This document shows positions 1 through 6,654 of a stretch of DNA of 12,037 nt, one piece after another. Source of the stretch: a virus. The first letter of the stretch is position 1. The number at the start of each line of letters is the position of its first letter. The position numbers were made by a program, and so were the translations under genes. The notes beneath the pieces are model-generated. The model did no database searches, had not been told where the DNA came from, and saw only the letters and a list, made by a program, of their open reading frames with translations. The stretch is from the UHGV virus genome UHGV-0115279. The stretch is one strand, 5' to 3'.

Positions 1-113
1 GCACGTTAAATCATATCAGGCGTAATACCACAACCCTTAAGTTAGCGCTTATGGGAGAGATCCCCGCCACTCTTCGTGTGTCAGGTATCCTCAATGCACC
101 CTTTCCTCTCCAA

Positions 114-140
114 ATAAAAAAGCTCCCGAAGGGGCTTTAA
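114..140 (-). terminator. putative rho-independent terminator at the end of the late structural gene block
   Basis: GC stem-loop (+ strand agctccc-gaa-ggggct, 121..136) flanked by an A-run (116..120) and T-run. On the minus-strand RNA this reads AAAGCCCC-UUCG-GGGAGCUUU followed by UUUUUUAUUU, starting 17 nt past the stop of the 158..667 CDS. Confidence 0.5.
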
Positions 141-157
141 AATACAAGGGATGACTC

Positions 158-667
158 TTAATCCCACTCAATCCAGTTGTAGACGATACGAAGTGACGGG
201 CGCACAGCGGCAGTCACATCTTCGGTACTAAAGTCGATTGCATCACTGTAGATTTTGCAGTCCAACATTTCAATTGTTGTAGCAGCTTTTGTCACAGCGT
301 TAACCCCGGAAGATTTGGATTCAGGGGTAGCAGCCATCGTGATATCAACATAGTCCTTCGCCGCAATGCGATCCTTAATGAACTGAAGAATATCGCCTTC
401 GATAGTCTCCACGCACTGGACCTGGATTTCCCCAGAGTTTCGAATTGGTCCGTGCTGGTTGAACTTCACACCATTCGGACCATAGTCCTCCACATTCTCT
501 CGAGTCATTTCAGGGATTTGCGACGTGCGAACCAGTACGCTGATATCTTCATGGCCTGCAAAAGTGAGCTGGAATTCAGAAGATACCAGTCGTTCGCCTT
601 TGACCGCGTTGGCAGTATAGCGGCCCTTAATAAATTTACGGTTTCCCTTAGTGTTATTGTGCCCCAT
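158..667 (-). CDS. small virion structural protein, possibly tail tube-like (T4 gp19-like pattern)
   Basis: 169-aa ORF with ATG start at 667..665 and an AAGGA Shine-Dalgarno 7-8 nt upstream; start lies 12 nt after the stop of the upstream gene. Size and the C-terminal pattern (..RIVYNWIEWD) resemble myovirus tail tube proteins as I recall T4 gp19 (..LALDYWE). Function is inference only. Confidence 0.55.
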   Translation of the reverse strand: MGHNNTKGNRKFIKGRYTANAVKGERLVSSEFQLTFAGHEDISVLVRTSQIPEMTRENVEDYGPNGVKFNQHGPIRNSGEIQVQCVETIEGDILQFIKDRIAAKDYVDITMAATPESKSSGVNAVTKAATTIEMLDCKIYSDAIDFSTEDVTAAVRPSLRIVYNWIEWD

Positions 668-678
668 ATAAAATCCTT

Positions 679-1260
679 TTACTGGAACGCCCGAACAATA
701 TCGGAGCTGTTATATATCGAAGAACCGGTCAACTGGAGGTTGACGGTGTTTTTCAGGAAATATCCATTACTGTCCCTTGGCGCATCGAGATCAAAACTTA
801 AGTCCTGGATGGCGACATCGGTGATGTTGATCCGGCGACCAATGTTTAGCGTCACGCGCTCCGGGATTCGACCACCAACATTGGCCGCTTTTAGTTCCGG
901 GCTAATCATGGCTGTCAACGCGGCGATAGCGCCTGAAACTTCAATGAATGGATTGTTCAAAGCAATGAAAGTTACAGGCAGCGTGAACGTCGGCGGTGTT
1001 CCCCCTTCCCAAACCATTAAGCTGTTCCAACGGGTCACCGACGTTGTTTCAGTACCAACCTGCGCAAAACCACTGAAAGCACCAGCAACAGACCCCATGG
1101 ACATACCGGTAAACGGCGCTTCCCAATTCTGGGCCATGTTCATTGCTGCCCCCTGGCTGATATATCCGGTAACCTGATACTGAGAGTTCGTTAAAGTAAC
1201 TTTCAGATATGGCGATACACCGTCAGCCTGGCTGTAAACCCCATAAGCTATAGGAGCCAT
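679..1260 (-). CDS. hypothetical phage morphogenetic/structural protein
   Basis: 193-aa ORF with ATG start at 1260..1258 and protein-like composition, sitting in the late operon between the acidic protein gene and the tube-like gene. No recognisable motif. Confidence 0.5.
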   Translation of the reverse strand: MAPIAYGVYSQADGVSPYLKVTLTNSQYQVTGYISQGAAMNMAQNWEAPFTGMSMGSVAGAFSGFAQVGTETTSVTRWNSLMVWEGGTPPTFTLPVTFIALNNPFIEVSGAIAALTAMISPELKAANVGGRIPERVTLNIGRRINITDVAIQDLSFDLDAPRDSNGYFLKNTVNLQLTGSSIYNSSDIVRAFQ

Positions 1261-1295
1261 TCAAGTTAAAGGCCGGAGTTCTCCGGCCTCCTCCT
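1261..1295 (-). promoter_or_regulatory. intergenic stem-loop placing a distal AGGAGG next to the start codon (possible structured ribosome binding site)
   Basis: Minus-strand RNA after the stop of the 271-aa gene reads AGGAGGAGG - GGCCGGAG AA CUCCGGCC - UUUAACUUGA - AUG. A perfect 8-bp inverted repeat (+ strand 1271..1288) separates the only SD-like sequence from the ATG of the 193-aa gene. Confidence 0.35.
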
Positions 1296-2111
1296 TTAGC
1301 CAAGGCGCTTACGGCGCAGTTTCATTGACTTTTTGCGGGCAAGTTTTGCCGCGCCGGTCTGGGCTTTTCGACGCGCTTTTTTCAGCGCCGATTTTTGAGC
1401 CGCAGTCAGACGTTTTTTACGCAGGCGTTTACGGATGAGTTTGATCTCACCGTTACGAACAACCTTCTTAAATGATTCAGTCAGCATTTCATCAGAAGTG
1501 CCAGCAACAACAAACGCCGCTTCCAGTTCGTCGCGGTCGTCGCTATCTAAACCAGCGATAGAGGCACCAACATCAGCAGCTGCGTCGTCGTCTTCATCGT
1601 CAGCCAGTGCTTCGATCAGGTCATCATCTACACCGCATGCTGCGAGGAAGTCAGCAACATTTGCCCATGCTTCGTTATAGGCATCGTCCTGTTCTTCTGT
1701 AACTTCGGAGTCGTCGTCATCAGAGATACCAGCGATAGCCTGAACGAAACCATCAAGGGAGTCGAAAGTCAGATCACCGCTATCAGCCCAGGCGAAAACG
1801 GCGTCGGCCGCATCACTCAACGCATTCTGCATAGCACTTCGATTTGCAGCTTCCAGAATCATCTGGTGCGCCTGTTCGACGGTCCATTCTTTACCGTCTT
1901 TCCCTTCCAGGATTTGCTCAGGAGCCGTGGCAGATGGAGCGTTATCGTTAGTCTGTGCCGCCGGTTCCGGATTATTATTAATAACCGGATCTGTTGTCGG
2001 TTCGGCGCTTGCTCGGGCAGACTCCATCAACTGCACAGGATCAGAGTTCAAAGCGAAACGAGACAGTCCATTCCCCAAAAATGCCCCGGATTGAAAAAAG
2101 TTTTTGCTCAT
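1296..2111 (-). CDS. acidic protein with extremely basic C-terminal tail (phage virion-associated or DNA-binding protein, function unknown)
   Basis: 271-aa ORF with ATG at 2111..2109 and an AAGGAAA Shine-Dalgarno 5 nt upstream. N-terminal ~200 aa is strongly D/E-rich (e.g. DDDDSEVTEEQDD, ADDEDDDAAAD); the last ~55 aa is K/R-rich (KRLRKKRLTAAQKSALKKARRKAQ..RRKRLG). Position corresponds to the gene after the sheath gene in the P1 late operon as I recall the map. Confidence 0.6.
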   Translation of the reverse strand: MSKNFFQSGAFLGNGLSRFALNSDPVQLMESARASAEPTTDPVINNNPEPAAQTNDNAPSATAPEQILEGKDGKEWTVEQAHQMILEAANRSAMQNALSDAADAVFAWADSGDLTFDSLDGFVQAIAGISDDDDSEVTEEQDDAYNEAWANVADFLAACGVDDDLIEALADDEDDDAAADVGASIAGLDSDDRDELEAAFVVAGTSDEMLTESFKKVVRNGEIKLIRKRLRKKRLTAAQKSALKKARRKAQTGAAKLARKKSMKLRRKRLG

Positions 2112-2120
2112 TGTATTTCC

Positions 2121-3710
2121 TTACTTAATAAGCAGCGGTACGCCCTGGATACGACGGGCTACGCCAGTCGGGCAGCAGGCCCAGACTACTTCCCATTTAT
2201 CGAATTCCGCCTGCGTAACTTTCAGCACATACGGTTCTGTACCGTCAGCATCAGGATCACGAGGAGCCACCAGAGCGCCGGAGGCGACAAAGCGATCCAA
2301 AAGTTTGGTCATCCCTTTAGTCAGGCCAGACTCAGTAATGCCGTCCGGGTTATGCTTCATCTGTCGGGCTAACTGGACAAAGAAACGGCTGATTGCGTTC
2401 ATCAGGGATGGGACGTGCTGGAAATGCAGATAGTTGTCCTGCGTGCAGCAAGTTAAAGCATCATCGATGATCATCTGGCCCGAAGTACCTACAGATACTT
2501 TATTGAGTCGGCCCTTGACCATAGCTTCTTCGTCCGGGGTGTCTTCAGGATACAGCGGCTGAAGTGATGCACGAGCAATGACGGCACGTTCTTCACCAGC
2601 CGGTGAGTAATGCCAACCGCCGACATCGGAGTTTTTCTTGACGCCACGAGCTATCGCCGCATACGCCGCGCCAGACAGACCGAAGATCACGCGGGATTGG
2701 GTCCATTTGTCTTTGCAGGAGAACGGGAAATGATAGACAGCACAGCTTACATAATCGGTACCAAGTAAACCGGTATCTTCAACAGCAGAGATCGCTTCCG
2801 TGTACGTCAATGTCGGTTTGACATCAAAGAAGCCATCAATCAGGCGATCAGAACAGATATTACCTAACGCAGTGATCGCCGCATTGTCATAGCAACCCAG
2901 GCCGAGAACAGCGGTGTACATGTACGGCGCATTGTTCAGCACTTTCACCGCACGCAGGTAAGCAGCAGTGGAAATGTTCGACTGATCGCCGTTGGTACCG
3001 CCAGTGAACGCCAGCGATTTTTTATTTGTTACTTTCGCCGTCGAAATCAGCTCTTCATTAACAACCGCGCGCAGATATTTAGAACGGGCTTCCAGAGCCG
3101 TAGGCAGATAACACAAGCGGCCCATGTCATCTTTCGCTTCTTCCGCCAAAGACACAGTGTGTGTCTCCAGGGTCGTTACCACACCGAGCGAAGTCGTCTG
3201 GGTCAGTTTTAAGAGGAAGCGTTCATTACCCGCGCTGTCCGCTGTTGCCGTTTCGATGGTTAACTCACGGGTAGGAGAAATACACGGATCACCATCATCA
3301 ACGTAGATAGCAAAGGCTTCGCCGCTATCAAGTTCAATTTCAGAACCGTATGGCAACGCACTGTAAGCCGGTTCGCCTGATTCATCGAACATAATAATCG
3401 GGAACTTCGCATCATCCGGAACAGCACGGACAACATAACCAGACGTTTGCTGAATAGCTTCGTACACATGGCGAATTGGTTCGAACTGTGAGCCGGAGGA
3501 CGGCTTCAGCGGTTCGCCGAGAACATCTTCGTAATTGGACTCAGTAACCGCAAGAACAGTAAACGGCTTGCCACGCGCAAATACGCCAATACCAGCCCAC
3601 AAGCTGCTATTTAATACAACACCGGTAGATAACGTCGCATCGGCATTGATCGGGCTAACAGCGACACCGGATGCATTACCTAATGACTGTTGAATTGAAT
3701 ATTGAGACAT
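2121..3710 (-). CDS. putative contractile tail sheath protein
   Basis: 529-aa ORF (~58 kDa) with ATG at 3710..3708 and an AGGGAAA SD. It lies immediately downstream of the major head gene, matching the P1 late operon order (head gene 23, sheath gene 22) as I recall it. Assignment is by size and synteny, not a verified motif. Confidence 0.55.
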   Translation of the reverse strand: MSQYSIQQSLGNASGVAVSPINADATLSTGVVLNSSLWAGIGVFARGKPFTVLAVTESNYEDVLGEPLKPSSGSQFEPIRHVYEAIQQTSGYVVRAVPDDAKFPIIMFDESGEPAYSALPYGSEIELDSGEAFAIYVDDGDPCISPTRELTIETATADSAGNERFLLKLTQTTSLGVVTTLETHTVSLAEEAKDDMGRLCYLPTALEARSKYLRAVVNEELISTAKVTNKKSLAFTGGTNGDQSNISTAAYLRAVKVLNNAPYMYTAVLGLGCYDNAAITALGNICSDRLIDGFFDVKPTLTYTEAISAVEDTGLLGTDYVSCAVYHFPFSCKDKWTQSRVIFGLSGAAYAAIARGVKKNSDVGGWHYSPAGEERAVIARASLQPLYPEDTPDEEAMVKGRLNKVSVGTSGQMIIDDALTCCTQDNYLHFQHVPSLMNAISRFFVQLARQMKHNPDGITESGLTKGMTKLLDRFVASGALVAPRDPDADGTEPYVLKVTQAEFDKWEVVWACCPTGVARRIQGVPLLIK

Positions 3711-3725
3711 AACTTTCCCTGTTAT

Positions 3726-3743
3726 GCGCCCCGCACGGGGCGC
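3726..3743 (-). promoter_or_regulatory. strong GC stem-loop in the head-sheath intergenic region
   Basis: Perfect inverted repeat gcgccccg/cggggcgc (7-bp GC stem with a 4-nt loop) between the head gene stop (3770) and the sheath gene start (3710). No U-tract follows, so it is not a classical intrinsic terminator; it may affect mRNA stability or processing. Confidence 0.4.
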
Positions 3744-3769
3744 TATGTTAAACGGAGAACTTCCCCTGA

Positions 3770-4951
3770 TTACTCAGAGTCACCGGCATCAATCGTGTCG
3801 CCGCTTATAAAGTTAAGCCCGCCTTTTTTGGCCATTGTCAGCGTTACACGAGTGAAGTAATCAGCGCCGTTGCGTGGGTGCATATCGTTGATAGCCGAAC
3901 CCCACAGCGTGGTACGGTTGACCAGCGCCGGAGTGGTCGGATGCTGGAACGGGATGGCCGGGACAGCATCACCAGTCACGAAGCCTGCTTTACCCGGATT
4001 TTCATCACGGACGTAGCACAGCACATCCATCGAGCTGAACTGAATGTTCTCTGTCGTTAAGTTCTTACAAATACCAGCAGGTACTTCGTACACTTTCACG
4101 TTACCGAACAGGGTACCGATGTAGTGAACATACGGAGTCTGGATATAGTCTTCGGCTGACTGGAAGAAATCCTTCGGCAACTGTTTGAAGAAAGATGCTG
4201 CATCAGCACCAGCAAACATCCCCATCGCACCAGAAGATTTAACGCGCTCAATAATGTCGCGATATACAGTCTGGAATTTGCCACGAATGATGGTTGCCCA
4301 TACATCAAAGGACTGGTTAACCGGCAGAGCGATGTCAAAGGTGTCGGTCGCAAGAGTACGCCAGATCATGATGCGAAGACGCAGCATATCCTGTTCATGA
4401 GACAGGTATTCCTTCAGGGTGCGGAACTGTAGGGAACCCAGGTCCAGACCAAATTCACGCTGTGCTTCATACGCCGCCTGTACCGTGTGCTCAGCCGCGA
4501 TAACGAACTGACTTGGGAACAGGGTGTATTTCTTCATTTCGTGGTTGATCAGCGGGATCAGCTCAGGAGCGGCTTCAATATTGATTTCCGTCTCAATTGC
4601 GATCTCAGTGCCTTTATCCGGCGCTTTGGAGAACGACAGGGCAATCTGACCAATGTTGTAGTTCAGAGAGCAGGTAACAGTGATTTGCTCACCAGCAGCA
4701 TTAGTAAACGAGTGAAGTAGGCTGCCGGAACCGTTATCAACAACAGACTTAATACGGTTAACGTAGATGTTAGTGCGACCTTTTCGGATTGGTACATTCT
4801 GGCCTTCGAAGTCTTCCATCTTGAAGGTTGCGGTTTTGCTGGTGCCATCGGAGCTTGCCAGCAGCATAAGAACCAAAAGATGAACCTGCCACGTTAAAGA
4901 CTTCATAGATGTCGGACTGGTCACGCGTAACCGGAATGAAGGTACACGCAT
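3770..4951 (-). CDS. major head (capsid) protein, C-terminal ~365 codons; the upstream part appears to continue in another frame
   Basis: 393-aa ORF with no convincing RBS at its annotated ATG (4951) and a non-protein-like N-terminal ~30 aa, while the sequence from ..SSDGTSKTATFKMEDFEGQ onward looks like genuine protein. It overlaps the 4770..5432 ORF by 182 nt in a different frame. Confidence 0.6.
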   Translation of the reverse strand: MRVPSFRLRVTSPTSMKSLTWQVHLLVLMLLASSDGTSKTATFKMEDFEGQNVPIRKGRTNIYVNRIKSVVDNGSGSLLHSFTNAAGEQITVTCSLNYNIGQIALSFSKAPDKGTEIAIETEINIEAAPELIPLINHEMKKYTLFPSQFVIAAEHTVQAAYEAQREFGLDLGSLQFRTLKEYLSHEQDMLRLRIMIWRTLATDTFDIALPVNQSFDVWATIIRGKFQTVYRDIIERVKSSGAMGMFAGADAASFFKQLPKDFFQSAEDYIQTPYVHYIGTLFGNVKVYEVPAGICKNLTTENIQFSSMDVLCYVRDENPGKAGFVTGDAVPAIPFQHPTTPALVNRTTLWGSAINDMHPRNGADYFTRVTLTMAKKGGLNFISGDTIDAGDSE

Positions 4952-5432
4952 CAGCGGTAGCTGCCCCCAACTGAACAGGCAGGATCATCGCGAGGAATAA
5001 AGGCAGACGCATAACACCGTCAGAAACGCTCATCATCTCTGCTGCGACGGATTCCAGCATCGCTTTATTAGTGGCATCCATGCTATTGCGGGTGGACTCA
5101 ATCAGGCAGTTTTCCAGCGTCTGGTGGCAGGAGGCCAGAATTTCCGGACGCGGCATAGATTTATGTGCTGCGGCGTAGTCAGCCAGTGCACTTGCCCACG
5201 CTGTAGCGATTTGAGCGGTGGCATTATCAGAGATACCCGCAAAAACCGGGTCTTTACGTGCAGCTTCAAGGATAGATGCGGCACGCGCGGCATCATCTTT
5301 AATGAATTGGTTATCAGTACCGAACTGCGCAGTGCTTGCCCAGCCAAGCACAGCTTTAGAGCGTTTTGCGATATCTGCAATACGATTCTGGTATTCGCGT
5401 AAGTTACTCAATTTACTCTTCCTTAAACACAA
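4770..5432 (-). CDS. major head (capsid) protein, N-terminal portion (Ala-rich helical delta/scaffold-like domain), frame-shifted relative to 3770..4951
   Basis: The 220-aa ORF in the track begins at a TTG. The likely true start is the in-frame TTG at 5411..5409, preceded by AAGGAAG with 6-nt spacing. The N-terminal part is Ala-rich and protein-like; the last ~28 aa (KLRWHQQNRNLQDGRLRRPECTNPKRSH) look like out-of-frame read-through. Confidence 0.55.
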   Translation of the reverse strand: MCLRKSKLSNLREYQNRIADIAKRSKAVLGWASTAQFGTDNQFIKDDAARAASILEAARKDPVFAGISDNATAQIATAWASALADYAAAHKSMPRPEILASCHQTLENCLIESTRNSMDATNKAMLESVAAEMMSVSDGVMRLPLFLAMILPVQLGAATADACTFIPVTRDQSDIYEVFNVAGSSFGSYAAGKLRWHQQNRNLQDGRLRRPECTNPKRSH

Positions 5433-5454
5433 GGCACTTGTGTGAATCCCTTTT

Positions 5455-5495
5455 CGGAAGAGATTTTATTGAAAGTCACTTGTTGACTTTCTCGT
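5455..5495 (-). promoter_or_regulatory. putative phage late promoter for the head-sheath operon (palindromic activator site plus -10)
   Basis: A 21-bp palindrome with 8-bp arms, GAAAGTCA-ACAAG-TGACTTTC (5471..5491), is followed 2 nt downstream on the minus strand by TAAAAT (5468..5463). This puts the palindrome centre near -25, with no -35 hexamer, about 45 nt upstream of the head gene start. The architecture matches what I recall of P1 late promoters (Lpa-dependent). Confidence 0.4.
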
Positions 5496-5547
5496 GACAA
5501 GCAATTTTTTTATTTTTTTCGGGAGTAGGGGAGGAAGGTAAAATCCA

Positions 5548-5634
5548 AGGTGAAATCGTGGCGATTTCACCTTGAAATTTTAGAGGGATTTACTTTAAAA
5601 ACAGTAGGTTAATAGTGAAATTTGAATGGCGAAA
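5548..5634 (-). other. parS: parS partition site (plasmid centromere) with heptamer box A and hexamer box B motifs flanking an AT-rich IHF-type spacer
   Basis: Minus-strand reading directly after the parB stop: TTTAAACTTTCGCCATTCAAATTTCACTATTAACCTACTGTTTTTAAAGTAAATCCCTCTAAAATTTCAAGGTGAAATCGCCACGATTTCAC. It contains TCGCCA (box B) twice and ATTTCAC/GTGAAAT (box A) in both orientations, matching the phage P1 parS layout as I recall it. Confidence 0.85.
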
Positions 5635-5636
5635 GT

Positions 5637-6638
5637 TTAAGGCTTCGGCTTTTTATCGAGGCTCTTTCTAAGGATATGCCCAATCATCCTGTCGAGTTCT
5701 TCCTGTAGCTCTTTTGAAAGTCGATTAAACTCATAAGAAAATGCACGGCCTTTCACGCGCTTCCTTGCAAAGCGATCCTTGTCCTCAAATTTCCATAATT
5801 CAGTAACTACGGACTTATCTTTAGAACCTTTATCCGTGAGTAGTGAGGCTTCCTTTGTTATCAAGCGCAGGATTTTATTTTTAACTTCATCTTCGGCCAT
5901 TTCTTCAATGGATAAGATGTCGTTTATTTCCGGGGATATGTTTTGAATAAGCTGATCAAACTCTAAATTCTTGTTCCCCATTTCGTCGCCAACAGCACAA
6001 AGCGTTTTGTAGTCCGAAAAGGTTAATTCCGACTGCACAGGGAAAAGGGCGACTAATTCTTCCGGAGCACTCGCTGCCTGGAGAGCACGCGTGACCTTCG
6101 CCTGAGACAGCCCTTCTTTGGCTGCAATATCCTTCTGACTCATCCCATCATTTTTCATTCGCATCAAACGCAGACCTATTTCTCGAATGCTGTGCTGCAA
6201 TGCTGTCTGAACGTCTTTCGCTAAATTTTGCGCTTCCTGAACGCTGATCTCCTGGTCCGTGACTAAAACCCGCAACCCTACGTTCTCTAAGATGGCAGAA
6301 GCTCGACGCCGGGAACCATCCAAAATTTCAATTTTCCCTGTAGCCCGTCTAACACCTATTGCAGGGTAAAATTGCTGATGCTTAATAGTGCTTCGGATAC
6401 TTTTTAATGATTTTGGCGTAAGAGATGTCTGGTCACGCCCGTTGTTATGCTGATCAACAAAGGTATCGCTTTCTACCTGGTTCGGAGGTATTACCTCTTC
6501 AATAAATGTGGCCTGGCGACCAGTTGATAACTTGAATACCTGCTCGACTCGATCGCCAGAGGCTGAAGAACTATCAAATCCGCTTAATATTGAAGGATTA
6601 AGGGTTCGCCCAATTGTTGGTCTGTTTTTCTTTGACAT
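5637..6638 (-). CDS. parB: ParB partition protein (centromere-binding, P1 type)
   Basis: 333-aa ORF with ATG at 6638..6636 and a GAGGAG SD that overlaps the parA stop codon. N-terminus MSKKNRPTIGRTLNPSILSGFD.. and the arginine patch ..ILDGSRRRASAIL.. are typical of ParB, and it sits between parA and parS. Length and sequence match P1 ParB as far as I can recall. Confidence 0.9.
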   Translation of the reverse strand: MSKKNRPTIGRTLNPSILSGFDSSSASGDRVEQVFKLSTGRQATFIEEVIPPNQVESDTFVDQHNNGRDQTSLTPKSLKSIRSTIKHQQFYPAIGVRRATGKIEILDGSRRRASAILENVGLRVLVTDQEISVQEAQNLAKDVQTALQHSIREIGLRLMRMKNDGMSQKDIAAKEGLSQAKVTRALQAASAPEELVALFPVQSELTFSDYKTLCAVGDEMGNKNLEFDQLIQNISPEINDILSIEEMAEDEVKNKILRLITKEASLLTDKGSKDKSVVTELWKFEDKDRFARKRVKGRAFSYEFNRLSKELQEELDRMIGHILRKSLDKKPKP

Positions 6639-6654
6639 GGGGGTTTCTTACTCC

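Noticed and set aside
1-113. Possible gene fragment at the left edge of the window
   Set aside because: No ORF of meaningful length in any frame is resolved within the first 113 nt, so no call can be supported from the window alone.
452-1177. 241-aa plus-strand ORF
   Set aside because: Spans the junction of two well-supported minus-strand genes (158..667 and 679..1260), has no RBS and an odd composition; it is an antisense shadow ORF.
1866-2433. Plus-strand ORFs 1866..2372 and 2104..2433
   Set aside because: They lie antisense across the 3' end of the sheath gene and the 5' end of the acidic-protein gene, with Cys/Arg-rich low-complexity translations typical of shadow frames.
4850-4900. Programmed ribosomal frameshift in the major head gene
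   Set aside because: No slippery heptamer of X-XXY-YYZ type and no downstream pseudoknot-like structure is apparent at the frame junction; an indel (real mutation or sequencing error) is the simpler explanation. Kept as a finding, but not as programmed recoding.
5102-5445. Three 75-92-aa ORFs (5102..5380 minus, 5124..5402 plus, 5218..5445 plus) inside the head gene N-terminal region
   Set aside because: All are alternative-frame or antisense reads of the Ala-rich head gene segment; they have no RBS and non-protein-like composition.
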